Source of the DNA: a virus
Lineage: Duplodnaviria; Caudoviricetes
Reading direction: 5' to 3' (one strand)
Length of the DNA stretch: 45,022 nt
Virus record (IMG/VR): IMGVR_UViG_3300011112_000005
Location: 1 to 45,022 of that record
Numbering within the stretch: the first letter of the stretch is position 1; every line of letters starts with the position of its first letter. The position numbers and the translations under genes were made by a program. Under the pieces are notes generated by a model. It was not told the origin of the DNA. It did not search any database and saw nothing but the letters and a program-made list of their open reading frames with translations. This document shows, one piece after another, positions 43,717 through 45,022 of the stretch.

Positions 43717-43910
43717 GTATGGTTGATATGACAGTCACGATTCAGGGCCCAGATGGGACGCAGCGCTACTCTGTGCGCGCCCCTGTCGCGGCTGCGCGCG
43801 CGGGGCAGGCGTTGGCCCGTGCGGTGGAAGTTGGTTTCGCGCTACTCGGCGCGCACTACAGGAAGGAACCGGATGAGCAACAACGGATGGAAACAAGGCG
43901 ATTTCACTAG
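43713..43910 (+). CDS. Small hypothetical protein
   Basis: GTGA overlap (or ATG 43719 after GGAG). Confidence 0.55.
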   Translation: MSMVDMTVTIQGPDGTQRYSVRAPVAAARAGQALARAVEVGFALLGAHYRKEPDEQQRMETRRFH

Positions 43911-44172
43911 GCGGTGCTACGGATACGAGAGCGATAGCCTCGACAAGGCGAAGCTCATCGAGGTGATCATCAAGGTCGACGGGAAGGTGATCGTGCAGGT
44001 GCAGGCGCGTGAGCCGGGCATGATCGCGGTGATCAGCAAGCCCGATGCGCAGGGCATCGAGGTCGACATGATCGAGGCGGCGCGCGGGCGGTACATCGAT
44101 CGCGCAGTACCTGATCAATCAGGCCTTCCGCAGCCCTGGCATTTCGAGGCGATGGGCATGACCGATGGCTAA
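43873..44172 (+). CDS. Small hypothetical protein (99 aa)
   Basis: ATG 43873 follows GGAAGGAA; typical codon usage. Confidence 0.65.
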   Translation: MSNNGWKQGDFTRRCYGYESDSLDKAKLIEVIIKVDGKVIVQVQAREPGMIAVISKPDAQGIEVDMIEAARGRYIDRAVPDQSGLPQPWHFEAMGMTDG

Positions 44173-45016
44173 ACGAGCCCGCACCATCTACGTGCCGGTC
44201 GACAAGGTGATCTGCGCGCCATGCCTCCACCCGACCAAGGGGCTACCGGCAATCGTCGCCAACTACTTCGCGCACACGATCATGGATCCGCCGTACAGCG
44301 AATGGGTCCACGAGAAGAAGATGAGCGCGAGTACCAAGGGAGGAACCGTGCGCGGCAGCCCTGGTCCTGCGCCTGTGACGTTTCCACCCCTCACGCTAGA
44401 TGAGATAAGCAGGGTGGCGGCGGAGGTTGTTCGCACGACGCGCGGATGGGCGGTCATCTTTTGCGCGGATGACGACATTCGCGCGTGGCGCGATGCGCTG
44501 GCGGCTGCGGGCGCGCGCCGCGGTGTGACTTGCATCTGGACCAAGCCGAATGGCGCCCCGAAGTTCCACGGCGATGGCCCTGCGCAGCCGTGTGAGCACA
44601 TGGTGACTGCGTGGTGTGGCGACGGACGCTCTGTGTGGAACGGCGGCGGTAAAATGGGGCACTACGTTTGCAGTCGAGTGACTGGGAACTACAGGCACGA
44701 AACACAGAAACCGGTTCGCCTCATGAAGAACCTGATCCTAGACTTCACGAAGCCGGGCGACCTCATCGCGGACCTGTACGGCGGCGGGGGCACGACGGCT
44801 GTAGCGGCAAAGCAATGCGGTAGGCGCTACGTGCTGTGGGAGGTCGACTCGAAGCACACGAAGGCGTCGCGCAGATGGATAGCGGGCACGTCCGAGCAGC
44901 TAGACATGGAGCGGGCGTACCATCGAGCGCGTGCGGGTGCGTTCGATGCAGGTGCCACGAAACCCCCGAAGGTCACACAGTCGGAGCTTGCGCTGGATGC
45001 CCCTGAGCCTACCTAA
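44165..45016 (+). CDS. DNA N6-adenine/N4-cytosine methyltransferase (beta class), apparently orphan
   Basis: Motif IV 'DPPY' precedes 'W.KPN', 'HETQKP..L' and motif I 'DLYGGGGTT'. Confidence 0.9.
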   Translation: MAKRARTIYVPVDKVICAPCLHPTKGLPAIVANYFAHTIMDPPYSEWVHEKKMSASTKGGTVRGSPGPAPVTFPPLTLDEISRVAAEVVRTTRGWAVIFCADDDIRAWRDALAAAGARRGVTCIWTKPNGAPKFHGDGPAQPCEHMVTAWCGDGRSVWNGGGKMGHYVCSRVTGNYRHETQKPVRLMKNLILDFTKPGDLIADLYGGGGTTAVAAKQCGRRYVLWEVDSKHTKASRRWIAGTSEQLDMERAYHRARAGAFDAGATKPPKVTQSELALDAPEPT

Positions 45017-45022
45017 TATCCC

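Noticed and set aside
148-44705. Many long alternative-frame and minus-strand ORFs (e.g. 6473-7567, 25952-26989, 27097-28101, 35225-36202)
   Set aside because: They are shadows of well-supported + strand genes in high-GC DNA, with Arg/His/Ala-rich composition and no motifs.
1-45022. Stop-codon reassignment or prophage/host boundary
   Set aside because: TAG, TGA and TAA all end genes at sensible junctions with dense coding under the standard code; no integrase, att site or host housekeeping genes were seen.

Overview
This 45 kb window is part of a high-GC (roughly 60-65% by eye) tailed dsDNA phage genome with a contractile (myovirus-type) tail. Nearly all genes are on the + strand and coupled by ATGA/GTGA/TAATG overlaps. 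Bases 1-17.7 kb are the tail and baseplate module: tape measure (5'-truncated), hub, OB-fold spike, a fused LysM/gp25-like protein, baseplate J, four fibre-like genes sharing one domain, a GNAT-like gene, a wedge protein, an inserted HNH endonuclease and a beta-helix tailspike. Bases 17.7-19.3 kb are a membrane/lysis cassette with no recognisable endolysin. Two short minus-strand genes and a structured ~0.7 kb non-coding switch region (19.95-20.7 kb) follow. Bases 20.7-45 kb are a replication/recombination module: SF2 helicase, DnaB-like helicase, primase, a leaderless promoter driving a MoxR-AAA/VWA cassette, a sigma-like factor, an H1-like protein, an intein-containing PolA, UvsY-like, gp32-like SSB, RecA, a single-chain SbcD-SbcC fusion, RuvC and a DNA methyltransferase. 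The most interesting signal is two minus-strand hairpin RNAs in the switch region whose loops are complementary to ribosome-binding regions of distant phage genes, a candidate trans-acting anti-RBS sRNA system. Other notable features are the Mre11-Rad50 fusion, an SSB with WW-like repeats plus a polyproline tail, and a helical u-spanin-like protein. All calls come from motif recognition by eye; no database searches or folding programs were run.
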